From a virus (taxonomy: Duplodnaviria; Caudoviricetes), in the IMG/VR virus record IMGVR_UViG_3300031992_000011: a stretch of DNA of 64,000 nucleotides. One strand, given 5' to 3'. Within the stretch, counting starts at the first letter, position 1. Each line of letters begins with the position of its first letter. Made by a program: the position numbers and the translations under genes. Shown here piece after piece: positions 35,019 to 45,807 of this stretch. The notes under the pieces were generated by a model. The model was not told the DNA's origin. It did not search any database and saw nothing but the letters and a program-made list of their open reading frames with translations.

Positions 35019-35583
35019 TTTGGACGGTGTGATAAGGGACATCGTGACGCCAATGTGCCATGTGTACAACCGTGACGTCCCACACGGCACCAAAGTAAGA
35101 CCCGGTGACATTGTCCACTACGATGTCGGGGTGATGTTTCCGCAAATCGCTGAATGTGAAAAGTATGACGGACTTTGTGTGCGCGACATATTCTTCACCG
35201 GTGAAAATGCGCGTACAGTGTTTCTCGACAGAGCGCTTATCATTCCGGGCAGCGTCGAGGCCATCAGACGGATGATGGACGCCGGACACACAGTGTCCAT
35301 CGTGACGTGGCAGATGAACGAGGACAACATACGTTACGCCATTGAGTTCCTGTCAAGGCACAAGGTGCCCTACGACGAGATAATGTTCACTCACGCAAAG
35401 GAGATGGTGATAACCGACTTTGCCGTCGACGACAACCCGGAGTTCCTTGAGCCCGAAGGCCGGGAAGTGGGAAAGATATTGATAGACGCACCATACAACA
35501 AGTGGTATGACCGTGCAGTCCGCAAGAATAGTCTGGCTGACGCCGCTGAATATATACTGACATTTAAACAAGAGACGACATGA
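35002..35583 (+). CDS. HAD-family 5'(3')-deoxyribonucleotidase
   Basis: IDLDGVIRD, VDDNP, APYN. Confidence 0.85.
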   Translation: MRIKIDLDGVIRDIVTPMCHVYNRDVPHGTKVRPGDIVHYDVGVMFPQIAECEKYDGLCVRDIFFTGENARTVFLDRALIIPGSVEAIRRMMDAGHTVSIVTWQMNEDNIRYAIEFLSRHKVPYDEIMFTHAKEMVITDFAVDDNPEFLEPEGREVGKILIDAPYNKWYDRAVRKNSLADAAEYILTFKQETT

Positions 35584-36971
35584 CAAGTTTTTTCGGAGAA
35601 TTGATAGACAGAGAGACGTTCGACGTCAGATGGGACGACGTGATGCAGATACCGGAGTTCAGCGTATTGTCTGAGACAAAACAGACGCCTGTTTGGCACA
35701 GGGAGGGTGACGCGATGGCACACACCCGTCTTGTGGTCGAGTCCATGCAGCGCAGAATAAACGGTGACACATCATTGAGTGATGACGACAAACTCATACT
35801 TGTCGCCGCGGCGTTGTGCCATGACATAGGGAAGGGAACCACCACATCGTATGACGAGAGCAAAGGGGATTACGTGTCGCACAACCATTCGGTCGAAGGA
35901 GAAAGGATTGTCCGCGAGTTGTTCTTCGACGAGGACTTCGTCATCCGTGAGAGGGTGTGCAACCTTGTCAGACATCACATGACCTTCCATCACATATTCG
36001 AGAAGGGAAAGGACAAGCAGTACCGTGACATCGAGCGGCTGATGCAGTCATGGAATCCGCTGACCATGCACCTTATGCTATGGGAATCGGACTGTGAAGG
36101 TTCAATAAACGACATGAACACTACGGAAGAAACGGAGGCTGAACGTGAGGCGATCCTTGCGATGTCGCGCAAAGCGAGGATTGAGTCAGACCCCATGAAG
36201 AGGTTTGTCAGATATTTTGGACCGAAGTCAGAATCCTATCCGAAAAAAATTGACGCGGAATCCGGTTGCGACGAAGGAATCGCGCCGAGGATGTTGGTTA
36301 TGATAGGACTGCCCGGCAGCGGAAAGAACTTTTATATCGACAATCTGAGCGAGGACATGGAGGCGTTCGTGCTGTCACGCGACGACATCAGGACAGAGAT
36401 GGGACTTTCGGGTGAGAAACCGCAAGGAAACGCCGAAGAGGAGAACCGTGTGACCGAGATATTCAACGGCCGTCTGGAAGACGGAATCAGGGAAAGGATG
36501 AACATCGTGATAAACAATGTGAATCTCAGAAAACGCTACCGCGAGTATGTGGTCGGAATGGCAAGGCGCAACGGATACCGTGTGGAATATGTGATTGTCG
36601 ACACGCCGCTTACACTGTGCCGCCACCGTCGTTACGGCATGATGCCCGAAAGCGTCATCACGCGTATGCTTCGTTCTGCCGACTTTCCTGAACCGTACGA
36701 GTGCGACAAGATGACAGTCATCGAGACTCGGATGCACAAGTTCGACGCGGATGGATCCCATGTCGACAAACAATGGCTTGACGAGGTTGTGCGGCGTTTG
36801 GAGTCTGCCGGGGAGAAGGTTGACGACGAGAAAGTGAACATCATCGAGGAAAACCTGCTTCACGGGACAACCTACCCGTGCCTCACGACAGGGTACAACA
36901 TCACAGAGAAAGGGAAGGATGTGTTTTTGGTGTACACTTTTGACCTTGAAGACGAAAGGAGGGACGTGTGA
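35580..36971 (+). CDS. HD-domain phosphohydrolase fused to polynucleotide-kinase-like P-loop domain
   Basis: WHREGDAMAHT, LCHDIGK, HHM; MIGLPGSGK, LSRDDIR. Confidence 0.85.
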   Translation: MTSFFGELIDRETFDVRWDDVMQIPEFSVLSETKQTPVWHREGDAMAHTRLVVESMQRRINGDTSLSDDDKLILVAAALCHDIGKGTTTSYDESKGDYVSHNHSVEGERIVRELFFDEDFVIRERVCNLVRHHMTFHHIFEKGKDKQYRDIERLMQSWNPLTMHLMLWESDCEGSINDMNTTEETEAEREAILAMSRKARIESDPMKRFVRYFGPKSESYPKKIDAESGCDEGIAPRMLVMIGLPGSGKNFYIDNLSEDMEAFVLSRDDIRTEMGLSGEKPQGNAEEENRVTEIFNGRLEDGIRERMNIVINNVNLRKRYREYVVGMARRNGYRVEYVIVDTPLTLCRHRRYGMMPESVITRMLRSADFPEPYECDKMTVIETRMHKFDADGSHVDKQWLDEVVRRLESAGEKVDDEKVNIIEENLLHGTTYPCLTTGYNITEKGKDVFLVYTFDLEDERRDV

Positions 36972-36972
36972 C

Positions 36973-37122
36973 ATGACACTGGACAAAGCCGTTGATATTA
37001 TTTACTACCCGTCTGACTTGTTTGGGAACAAACCGTCAGAAGACGACGTCAAGAAGGCACGTTCTGTCATCGACGAATATCTTAAGAAAAAACGGGAAAA
37101 GAAAAAAGTTAAGAAAAATTAA
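36973..37122 (+). CDS. small hypothetical protein
   Basis: MTLDKAVDIIYYP... Confidence 0.5.
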   Translation: MTLDKAVDIIYYPSDLFGNKPSEDDVKKARSVIDEYLKKKREKKKVKKN

Positions 37123-37186
37123 CAATTATTGTGTTGTATATCGTGGTATGAGACACTCATTTTAAAGGTATAAAGCATACCATACG

Positions 37187-37420
37187 ATGAGCAAGACAAT
37201 ATTTGATGTGAGCGGCAAGGCAAATGACCTGCTGTCCGTCAGCAATGACGGTTCGATGAAGATGACGAGACTTTTTGTGCTTGGCGATGGACTTGATGTG
37301 GAAAACGACGAGGTTGTTGACTTATGTGTCACATCAACGAATCCGAACCTGTCACATCCGCTCTTTGACCAACTCATAGGCAACGAGATACGAATTACTG
37401 TAAGCGTAGAAGATAAATGA
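37187..37420 (+). CDS. hypothetical protein
   Basis: Coupled ORF. Confidence 0.65.
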   Translation: MSKTIFDVSGKANDLLSVSNDGSMKMTRLFVLGDGLDVENDEVVDLCVTSTNPNLSHPLFDQLIGNEIRITVSVEDK

Positions 37421-38226
37421 TATACAAAAGTTCGCACGGCACTGTATACGCCACCGGTGACATACATGGAAACTTCACGGGTCTCGTAAAGTTCGTGGTT
37501 GAAAACCTCGAAAACTGCGACGTCATAGTCTGCGGCGACATAGGCGTTGGTTTCGAGAAATGCGCACATTATGAGAACATGTTCGCCAAACTGGACGCGA
37601 AACTTGCCTCGCGGGACGTGAAACTGTACATGTTCAGAGGAAACCATGACGATCCGGCATATTTCAACGGCGACAATGGAATGAAGGGGTTTGATAACAT
37701 AATATTGGTCCCGGACTATTCGGTTCTGTTGTCTGCCGACGGATACACCATACTGATGATAGGCGGCGCGGTCTCAATAGACAGGAAGTACAGGATAGTA
37801 GGCGACACCGGCAGACGGAACATGTTCCTCCGTTACCATAACAGCGCTGAAGGATTCATCCCTACATTCTGGCCGAACGAGGAACCGTTCATGTCGGTGG
37901 AAGATTTGCGGAGTATCGAGGACGAAGGCATTAGGGTCAACTGCATATGCACGCACACGTGCCCGTCAGACTGCCGGCCGCCATCAAGCGAACTTCTTGA
38001 GAATGCGTTTGCCGCTGACCCGTCGTTAAGGGAGGACTTGGATGCCGAGGGCGGGACGATGGACACCATCAGGTCATGGATGAAGACGCACGGACACCCT
38101 CTGACGAGGTGGGTGTTCGGACATTACCACCAACACTACGACAATGAAATAGAAGGTATAAGGTACACTGCGCTTGACATGTACAGAGAGAGAAGGCAGA
38201 AACCTGACATCATAGAGATTTTGTAG
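37417..38226 (+). CDS. calcineurin-like metallophosphoesterase
   Basis: GDIHG, CGD, RGNHD, THTCP, FGHYH. Confidence 0.9.
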   Translation: MIYKSSHGTVYATGDIHGNFTGLVKFVVENLENCDVIVCGDIGVGFEKCAHYENMFAKLDAKLASRDVKLYMFRGNHDDPAYFNGDNGMKGFDNIILVPDYSVLLSADGYTILMIGGAVSIDRKYRIVGDTGRRNMFLRYHNSAEGFIPTFWPNEEPFMSVEDLRSIEDEGIRVNCICTHTCPSDCRPPSSELLENAFAADPSLREDLDAEGGTMDTIRSWMKTHGHPLTRWVFGHYHQHYDNEIEGIRYTALDMYRERRQKPDIIEIL

Positions 38227-38245
38227 AACTTCAAATTGAAACGCG

Positions 38246-39751
38246 ATGGAGAAAAATGTGTTTTCACTTTCAGCAGACGCTCGCAAAGAGTACTGCGCCT
38301 CAGTGGTTAGAATTGGGGAGTTGTTCCCTATTGAGGGTTCGGATTTCCTTGCGAGGACAGTCGTCGACGGTTTCGACGTCGTCGTCCGCAAGGACGAGGT
38401 GAGCACCGGCGACGTCATGGTGTACGCAGAGAACGAAACGATGCTGCACAAGGGATTCCTCGGGGCGAACAATCTGTTCGAACTGAGCGAGCGTTCCATG
38501 AACTCGAACGCCGAAGAAGTGGAGCGACTCATATCTGAAGGCAAGACTGATGAGGCGAAACGAAAGGTCGGGTTCTTCAACAAGCACGGACGGGTCAAGA
38601 TGATACGTCTGCGCGGATGCCCGTCGATAGGATTCCTGTTCAACAAGGAGTCACTTGTCAAATGGGACAAGCGGTTCGGCAACGTGAACCTTGAGGACTA
38701 CGTCGGAACAGAGTTCGACACCGTGTTCGGAGAACTGTTCATCAAGGTCTACATGCCACCTGTGCGAGAGACCAACAACACAGGCGGAGGGAAGAGCGCG
38801 AAACGCAACAAGTCACTGAAGAGGTTCGACCGGATCATCCCCGGCATGTTCTCGTTCCATTATGACACGGACCAGCTGAACAAGAACGTCTGGAAGATAA
38901 ATCCTGACGACAAGATATGCGTGTCGGTGAAGTTGCACGGAACCAGTGGCATTTTCGGAAACGTGAAGATACGAAAACCGATCGTGCTCAACGCCGCACA
39001 GAAGGTACTCAACCGCTCACTGCGCAAGACGGCGAAACGACGCGGCGACACGAGGTTCCTCAGACATCAGGCGAAGGACTTTATCGTCGGTTATGGCAAC
39101 GTATACTCTTCGCGCACGACCATAAAGAACAAGTACATCAACAAAGACGTAAAAGACGGTTTCTACGGCACTGATGTGTGGGCGGAGATAAATGATATCA
39201 TCCGGCCGCATTTGAGCGCAGGAATGACCGTTTACGGCGAAATAGTGGGATATGTCGGCGGTACGTCCAAGATGATACAGAAACAATATGACTACGGGTG
39301 TGAAAGCGGTGTAAACAAAATCATGCCGTACCGCATCACTGTAGACAGCGAGGACGGAGGCAAGGCCGAATGGAACGTGACGGATGTCGCGAAATGGACC
39401 GCCGCCACCGCCAAGAAGGACAAGACGTTCGCGGAACGCTCGTTGGTCATACCGGTTCTGTACCACGGCAAGGCGAAGGACATGTATCCTGACATACCGG
39501 TCGACAAGGATTGGCACGAACGGTTCCTCGCCGCAATGAAAACCGACAGCGAGAGACTGCTGATGGAGAGAAACGAACCGATGTGCAAAAACAAGGTGCC
39601 AAGAGAGGGCGTGTGTGTGCGTATTGACAATGACAAGGTGGCTGAATGCTTCAAACTCAAGTGCGACGCGTTCAGGATGAAGGAGCAGAAAGACATCGAC
39701 GCAGGCATTGTGGACATCGAAACCGAGCAGTCATACGGAGAGGGGAAATGA
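38246..39751 (+). CDS. ATP-dependent RNA ligase
   Basis: Motif I VKLHGTS, YGEIVG, REGVCVR, FKLK; N-terminal PIEGSD OB-like domain. Confidence 0.85.
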   Translation: MEKNVFSLSADARKEYCASVVRIGELFPIEGSDFLARTVVDGFDVVVRKDEVSTGDVMVYAENETMLHKGFLGANNLFELSERSMNSNAEEVERLISEGKTDEAKRKVGFFNKHGRVKMIRLRGCPSIGFLFNKESLVKWDKRFGNVNLEDYVGTEFDTVFGELFIKVYMPPVRETNNTGGGKSAKRNKSLKRFDRIIPGMFSFHYDTDQLNKNVWKINPDDKICVSVKLHGTSGIFGNVKIRKPIVLNAAQKVLNRSLRKTAKRRGDTRFLRHQAKDFIVGYGNVYSSRTTIKNKYINKDVKDGFYGTDVWAEINDIIRPHLSAGMTVYGEIVGYVGGTSKMIQKQYDYGCESGVNKIMPYRITVDSEDGGKAEWNVTDVAKWTAATAKKDKTFAERSLVIPVLYHGKAKDMYPDIPVDKDWHERFLAAMKTDSERLLMERNEPMCKNKVPREGVCVRIDNDKVAECFKLKCDAFRMKEQKDIDAGIVDIETEQSYGEGK

Positions 39752-40509
39752 AGATACTTGTGATACCTGACGTACACGGAAGGACATTCTGGCGCGAAAC
39801 CGTCAAACGTGACGATGTCGGACGGGTCGTGTTCCTTGGCGACTACCACGACCCGTATCGCTTTGACGGGATCAAGACCTCGGACTCCGTGACCAATTTC
39901 AGCGACATACTGTCATACGCTGACCGTTCCAGTGACAGGGTCGTTATGCTCTTGGGCAACCACGACCTACCGTATTTCAGCAAGCATTACCTCAGCCTGT
40001 CCCGCTATCACAGCCGATATGACCGTGAGAACCATGAGAGGATGGAGGAAATGTTTGAAAGTCACAAGGACCGTTTCCGGATAGCATACTGTGAGGGTGG
40101 CGTATTGTTCACACACGCCGGTGTGATACCGGAATGGTTCAGAAAGGCAACAGGCGCAGAGTTCAGTGAAGGCACAGACCTTTACGAGGCCGCCGGTCTG
40201 CTCAACACACTGTTGGACACAGACCGTGGGATTGAGAGTCTTTTCAGTGTGGGCGAATGGAGAGGCGGTGACGACGCTTTCTCGTCGTGTGTATGGGCGG
40301 ACATTCACGAGACGGTGATGGAATATGACGACAAGGACAATCCGGCATACGGTGTCAAGCAAGTGTTCGGCCACACCATTCAGGGGTATTACGGCGAGGA
40401 CGGACAAGTGCGGTACGGAAAACCGTTTGAGTTCGCCAATCTCAAGATGCTCGACACCGCCTGCGCGTACATACTTGACACGGATAATTTCACAATCGAG
40501 AAAACATGA
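39748..40509 (+). CDS. calcineurin-like metallophosphoesterase
   Basis: PDVHG, LGDYHD, LGNHD, THAG, FGHT. Confidence 0.9.
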   Translation: MKILVIPDVHGRTFWRETVKRDDVGRVVFLGDYHDPYRFDGIKTSDSVTNFSDILSYADRSSDRVVMLLGNHDLPYFSKHYLSLSRYHSRYDRENHERMEEMFESHKDRFRIAYCEGGVLFTHAGVIPEWFRKATGAEFSEGTDLYEAAGLLNTLLDTDRGIESLFSVGEWRGGDDAFSSCVWADIHETVMEYDDKDNPAYGVKQVFGHTIQGYYGEDGQVRYGKPFEFANLKMLDTACAYILDTDNFTIEKT

Positions 40510-40994
40510 GGATACAACTAAGAAGAAGCGACAGTGACAGCGGACTCCCGTTGCGATTCCTTGCCGCAATAGGATACGAGAAGATACCGGTTTCCGACGG
40601 AGACACATTCATATACGCCGACACGACCGACAGGACATACTTCTGCACAGAAGTGAGGACAGACGGTCCGGTCACCATCGACTGCTCGACCAACTATGGC
40701 CTTTTCTGCGCTTTGTGCGTGCAGAGCGGAGAGACGGACATGTACAATCTGTTCGTCACTGATGCGGACTGTCACTGGTACACACTCGGGACTTATATGT
40801 GTAAGGGTGACTTTACCGTTTCGTTGGTCGACAAGCAACCGTATGATCCGTTCTCAAGCACACTGCAACCGCAGCATAAGGCGACAACAGATGAAATAAT
40901 CAAATATTTCTCCGAGAAAAAATGGGACTGGACGTTGGACAGTATCATCGCACACTGTTCCGAACGAAAAAATGACGACGGTTCTGAAAAATAG
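40506..40994 (+). CDS. hypothetical protein
   Basis: Coupled ORF. Confidence 0.7.
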   Translation: MRIQLRRSDSDSGLPLRFLAAIGYEKIPVSDGDTFIYADTTDRTYFCTEVRTDGPVTIDCSTNYGLFCALCVQSGETDMYNLFVTDADCHWYTLGTYMCKGDFTVSLVDKQPYDPFSSTLQPQHKATTDEIIKYFSEKKWDWTLDSIIAHCSERKNDDGSEK

Positions 40995-41000
40995 GTGAAC

Positions 41001-41027
41001 AATCCGGCGGAAACGCCGGATTTTTTT
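41001..41027 (+). terminator. intrinsic terminator
   Basis: AATCCGGCG GAAA CGCCGGATT + T tail. Confidence 0.85.
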
Positions 41028-41129
41028 GTTAAACCTTGTTAATATATTTGCCCAAACGGAAGTAAACGATTATTTTTGCCGTGAAAAAATGAATCACGAC
41101 GGAAAGGATATATTAGTTACATTCATTCG

Positions 41130-42005
41130 ATGATAAATCTATATGACATAAAGAAAAGATACCGGGACAACCCTGAGCCAAAGGAGATAGGCGAAGTGCG
41201 CAGACTCATCATCGATGCGTTCAAAGCACTTACGTTCGTCGAGGACGTGCACAAGTACTACATACCCGACGGGAATGGCGGCACAATTGAACTGCCGTCC
41301 GTATCGTCCGTCGTCCACTCGTTCGAGCCTTATGTTGACTGGGACGAGAAATGCGCAATCAAGGCGGAGAAACTTGGGATAACCAAGGAGGAGCTTTCGA
41401 AACAGTGGCACGAGAACAACATACGCGCGACACACTGCGGCAGCAAGACGCACTTCTTCGGCGAGAACATGATGAACATGTTCATCGGCAAGGAGGAAAC
41501 GGCGAGGAAGTCGCTCGTCTTTCAGTACACAGATGACGGATATCTTATCCCTTATTGCCCGAAGGAGGAGGCGGTGTCCAAGTATTATGAGGACATACTC
41601 GCCAACGGTGACGTGTACCCTGTGATGCCGGAGGCGATGATATACACCGGAATAAACGACAAGATAAATCTCCGCACCAACTATGCCGGCACGTTTGACA
41701 TACTGTTGGCGTACAGGTACAGGGGCGGCATATCATATGCGATCAACGACTTCAAGACAAACGCGGACATATACAAGTCATTCTCAAGGTCGCACGACGT
41801 GATGATGAACGAACCGTTTGGATCCATGGGATACTACTCCGAGCCATACAGTTGCTACACCATACAGCTTTCACTGTATCAGATAGGGCTGATGCAACTT
41901 GGACTTGACATAGTTGACCGGAAACTGATATGGTTGAAGGACGACGCGACTTACGAGAAGGTAAAGACGGACGACATTACTGAGACATTACTCGGCATCA
42001 TATGA
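41130..42005 (+). CDS. PD-(D/E)XK exonuclease (RecB/Cas4-like)
   Basis: HKY, PSVS, GSKTH, AGTFD, NDFKT, QLSLY. Confidence 0.8.
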   Translation: MINLYDIKKRYRDNPEPKEIGEVRRLIIDAFKALTFVEDVHKYYIPDGNGGTIELPSVSSVVHSFEPYVDWDEKCAIKAEKLGITKEELSKQWHENNIRATHCGSKTHFFGENMMNMFIGKEETARKSLVFQYTDDGYLIPYCPKEEAVSKYYEDILANGDVYPVMPEAMIYTGINDKINLRTNYAGTFDILLAYRYRGGISYAINDFKTNADIYKSFSRSHDVMMNEPFGSMGYYSEPYSCYTIQLSLYQIGLMQLGLDIVDRKLIWLKDDATYEKVKTDDITETLLGII

Positions 42006-42274
42006 TAGAGACGAAATTCCAAGTCGGCGAGGCGGTCATTTTCCGTTGTCCTGACAGATGTGACACGTGGCAGTTGGGAACAGTCATCATGATTGCGCCA
42101 GGCACGGTCATAATTGAACCTCACGAGGATCAGTGCTACACATATCACAAAAACAAAGTGTACATGTTCACTGATGACGATTACCGTCTGTCAATATTGG
42201 CGTGGACATACACAAGGCATGTAAAATTGATCGGAAAAGACACAATGTACAAAGATGAAAAAGAAAGAACGTGA
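42002..42274 (+). CDS. hypothetical protein
   Basis: Coupled ORF. Confidence 0.6.
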   Translation: MIETKFQVGEAVIFRCPDRCDTWQLGTVIMIAPGTVIIEPHEDQCYTYHKNKVYMFTDDDYRLSILAWTYTRHVKLIGKDTMYKDEKERT

Positions 42275-43886
42275 AATAATATCTGACGCTTTAGTTGAAA
42301 CATATGCTGCAGTACAGAATGCGGGTTCAATGGAAAACGCCGTCAATAATGCGAGAGAGCATATAATGGAGATAAGGAGGAACATCGATAAAGATGACAT
42401 TACAGACGAAGAGATTGTTTTGTTGTCCGTCATCGGTGCCGGACACAACACGATACAAAGCATAAGAAACTATCTCGGAAGTTCAAATTTCTTCAAGTTT
42501 CCGGAACTTAATGGCATTGTCAATGACTTGAAACTTAAATGGATGGTTTTCTTTTGGTCAGAGGGAAAAATATCCATCACCAGTTGTTTCAATCAATGGT
42601 TTGTCGACGAAACTTGCAGCACACTGTCGCCGAAATTGTCAAAAGTCACCACGTTGCGCAGACTGTTTGACATGTTTTACAAGCAAATGGACATTTTCCA
42701 TGAGGAAGAAGCATTCGATTCCATGTGTACGCATATGATAATGGGATATGAGTGTGACGGTGAACTAAAGACTTTTATAAATCACTGTGTTCAGGACGAA
42801 GACCACATAAATGTGCGAACGTTGCTTTATCTGACATACACGGCTTTTCGACCGGGCAATCAGACATATGAGGTCAATGTCGTTGAGACTATACGTCAAG
42901 CGAAAGACATACTCCTTGAACCGGGTATTACCGACAGCAAAGTGTTCAACGAGTGGTTCATACCAAAATGCGAGAACGGGATGGCGAGCAGCGACACGTA
43001 CGAACCATCACGGGCGTTCTATAAAGCATTCCCTTCTCTAAATTGCCAACAGACAGACGTAGATCTGGCCAGAAGCAACGTAATGGCAGCAAAGAGCATA
43101 CCGCAGGTGGAATTATATTTTGACGACGAGACACAGTCACAATACGACAGGATATCATTCATACTGTCCGACGAAGGTTATTCAAAGATAACGACGCGAC
43201 TGTCCTCAAAAAACATGTCAACCGGAATAACGATGCTGTTTTATGGTCCGCCGGGGACTGGGAAGACTGAAAGCGCCAAACAGATGGCGAGAGCGAGCGG
43301 AAGGGACCTGATCATTCTCGACCTGTCATCATTGAGGGACAAATATGTGGGGGAAACCGAGAAGAATGCCGCAGCAGCGTTTCAAGAATACAGGGAACTG
43401 TGTATAACATCCGCGAAGAAACCCATACTTCTTCTCAACGAGGCCGACGCAGTACTTGGCAGAAGAAACGGACAATCAGAGACCTCTGTAGACAAAATGG
43501 AGACCGCGATGACAAACATATTCCTGAACGAGCTAGAAAACTTCAGCGGCATAATGGTCGCAACGACCAACCTGACCAGTTTGTTTGACACCGCATTTGA
43601 AAGGCGTTTCCTTTTCAAGATGAAATTCAACAGACCGACAGACACGGCGAGACTCAAGATGTGGATGTCAAAAATAGAGTCCGTCTCGCCCGAAGAACTG
43701 GGCGGCATATCCAAAAAATACGACTTCACCGGCGCGGAGATAGACAACGTCTGCAAGAAGGTGCTCATAGAGTCATTGTTCAGCGACAACCCGCAAATCA
43801 CCGTGGAAGAACTCGACAAAATCTGTTCGATGGAGAGAATACACGACGGGAACGAACGTAAGAAGGTATGTGGCTTTTCGAATTAA
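42255..43886 (+). CDS. AAA+ ATPase
   Basis: YGPPGTGKT, KYVGETEKN, LLNEAD, ATTN, AFERRF. Confidence 0.9.
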   Translation: MKKKEREIISDALVETYAAVQNAGSMENAVNNAREHIMEIRRNIDKDDITDEEIVLLSVIGAGHNTIQSIRNYLGSSNFFKFPELNGIVNDLKLKWMVFFWSEGKISITSCFNQWFVDETCSTLSPKLSKVTTLRRLFDMFYKQMDIFHEEEAFDSMCTHMIMGYECDGELKTFINHCVQDEDHINVRTLLYLTYTAFRPGNQTYEVNVVETIRQAKDILLEPGITDSKVFNEWFIPKCENGMASSDTYEPSRAFYKAFPSLNCQQTDVDLARSNVMAAKSIPQVELYFDDETQSQYDRISFILSDEGYSKITTRLSSKNMSTGITMLFYGPPGTGKTESAKQMARASGRDLIILDLSSLRDKYVGETEKNAAAAFQEYRELCITSAKKPILLLNEADAVLGRRNGQSETSVDKMETAMTNIFLNELENFSGIMVATTNLTSLFDTAFERRFLFKMKFNRPTDTARLKMWMSKIESVSPEELGGISKKYDFTGAEIDNVCKKVLIESLFSDNPQITVEELDKICSMERIHDGNERKKVCGFSN

Positions 43887-43953
43887 CATTTTTTAATTTT
43901 GTTGTTAGAAAAATGTTCACTAACTTTGCGGTGTTCAAAAATAATGAACATAT

Positions 43954-44952
43954 ATGGAAAACAAAGGATTTACACTGAAGGATCGTATGTCCGCTATGGC
44001 AAGGCACTATGACATAAGGCTTGACAAGGATGGATATGTGCTTGTCATGGTGGACGGCAAGAACTTCTCCACAATGATAAAGAACAGGTATGACAAACCT
44101 TTCAGTGACGAGTTCATCGGACTGATGGACTCAACCGCCAGGTATGTGTGCGAGAATGTGGACGGATGCAAGTTTGCCTACGTGCAGAGCGACGAGATAA
44201 CGTTCGTCATCACATCATTCGACAAGAAGGAGAACATGCCGTATTTTGACAACAGACTGCTTAAGTTATGTTCGATTATACCATCGTTGGCGACCGCCAA
44301 GTTCAACAGTATGCGGGAAAAATCTGAGAAGCTATGCGTGTTTGACGCCAAGGTGTTCCCGTGCCGTTCATTCACGGACGCGTATTCGTTTCTTCTTTGG
44401 AGGCAGAACGACTGTGTGAGGAACTCAAAACAGCAGGCGGCACAAACATACCTGGACAAACGCTCCCTGCTCAACAAAAACACGGACGAACAAATCCGTT
44501 TACTTCGTGACACAACCGGAATAGAGTGGGACGGATATGATGACGGAAAGAAATACGGGCGATTCATATACAAAGTCAACGAGACACACATCAACCCGGA
44601 CGGTGAAGAGTACACAAGAGGCAGATGGAAGGTAAACGACGCATTCCTTCTCGGTGGGGACGGACGCGAGAAACTGAAGTCACTCGGGGCGATACCTGTC
44701 CGTGAGCCAGCGAATGCGAACCGTCGGTTCGAACCGTGCGAATTTTGGAGATGCCCCAAATGTGGGGGCAATCTGATTTGGGAGAATGACTATGACTGTT
44801 CGGACGTGTTTGGTGACGAATGGGGATACAGAGACGTTGACGGAAGCATAATAACGCAGTTCAGATGCGCCGACTGTGGGCGGTCTGTCGAAGTGACCGA
44901 CCCGACTCCCGACATGAAGGAGGAACAATACAGTGACTATTGGTTCAATTAA
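43954..44952 (+). CDS. Thg1-like 3'-5' nucleotidyltransferase with C-terminal Zn ribbon
   Basis: VDGKNFS, YVQSDEI, FDAK, WRQNDCVRNS; CPKC...CADC tail. Confidence 0.9.
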   Translation: MENKGFTLKDRMSAMARHYDIRLDKDGYVLVMVDGKNFSTMIKNRYDKPFSDEFIGLMDSTARYVCENVDGCKFAYVQSDEITFVITSFDKKENMPYFDNRLLKLCSIIPSLATAKFNSMREKSEKLCVFDAKVFPCRSFTDAYSFLLWRQNDCVRNSKQQAAQTYLDKRSLLNKNTDEQIRLLRDTTGIEWDGYDDGKKYGRFIYKVNETHINPDGEEYTRGRWKVNDAFLLGGDGREKLKSLGAIPVREPANANRRFEPCEFWRCPKCGGNLIWENDYDCSDVFGDEWGYRDVDGSIITQFRCADCGRSVEVTDPTPDMKEEQYSDYWFN

Positions 44953-44985
44953 TGATAATGTAGAACAATTTAATAAACAAGAAAG

Positions 44986-45456
44986 ATGAGAAACATTTCA
45001 TTGATCGGCCGTGTCGTGGCCGACGCAGAAATCAAACAGACAAAGAACGGGGCGAACTACCTTGAGTTCAGATTCGCCAACAACGAGTACGGGGATCCGG
45101 AGGGGACGACGTATTGGTTCCGTGTTTCAAGTTTCCAACCGAATGCCATCAGCATCAAAAAGTACATCACCAAGGGCAAACCGCTGTTCGTGGAGGGTAG
45201 ATACCATGACCGTGTGTACACCACACAGTCAGGCGCCACAGAGATCGGCCGCGACATCACCGCCTACAACATCGAGTTCATCAGCACGGGCGAGAGGAAC
45301 GGAGAGCAGCAGCAGCCCGCACAGACAGCGTCAAAACCGGCACAGCCGATAGCAAACCCGACGGTAATGCCGACAGCGGCGGCATCGGCGCCGGCAGCGA
45401 AGACCGTCGCCCCACCACAACCGGTGTCACAAGAAGAAGACGATCTGCCGTTTTAA
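44986..45456 (+). CDS. ssb: single-stranded DNA-binding protein
   Basis: LIGRVVADAE, KG..LFVEGR, C-terminal EEDDLPF. Confidence 0.92.
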   Translation: MRNISLIGRVVADAEIKQTKNGANYLEFRFANNEYGDPEGTTYWFRVSSFQPNAISIKKYITKGKPLFVEGRYHDRVYTTQSGATEIGRDITAYNIEFISTGERNGEQQQPAQTASKPAQPIANPTVMPTAAASAPAAKTVAPPQPVSQEEDDLPF

Positions 45457-45471
45457 CGAGTTCGTGGGACA

Positions 45472-45786
45472 ATGAAACCGAAAATAATACCGTACTCCCT
45501 GCCTGAGCACGACCGCATCGGCATACGCAAGATGTCCATCACATATGTTCAAATGGACGACACCAACCATAAAAGTGACGAATATGACGAACAGAGCATA
45601 ACCATAGAGACAGAGGACACCATATGCAGTGAGAAAGAGGCCATTGACGGTGAGGGGTATTATCTTGTGTTAAAGTCAGACAGATGGGCATTCACCGATC
45701 CGGAAGAAATCATGGAGCTCACCAATGACTTCATCAAAAGGCTCATGATAACTTCTAACTTCGTCAAAGAAGAACCAGAAGGTTAG
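45472..45786 (+). CDS. hypothetical protein
   Basis: ORF. Confidence 0.7.
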   Translation: MKPKIIPYSLPEHDRIGIRKMSITYVQMDDTNHKSDEYDEQSITIETEDTICSEKEAIDGEGYYLVLKSDRWAFTDPEEIMELTNDFIKRLMITSNFVKEEPEG

Positions 45787-45807
45787 TTAGACTTGCGTTT
45801 TAGTTGT

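Noticed and set aside
41130-42005. Cas4 indicating a CRISPR-Cas system
   Set aside because: Solo PD-(D/E)XK exonuclease with no Fe-S Cys cluster, other cas genes or array
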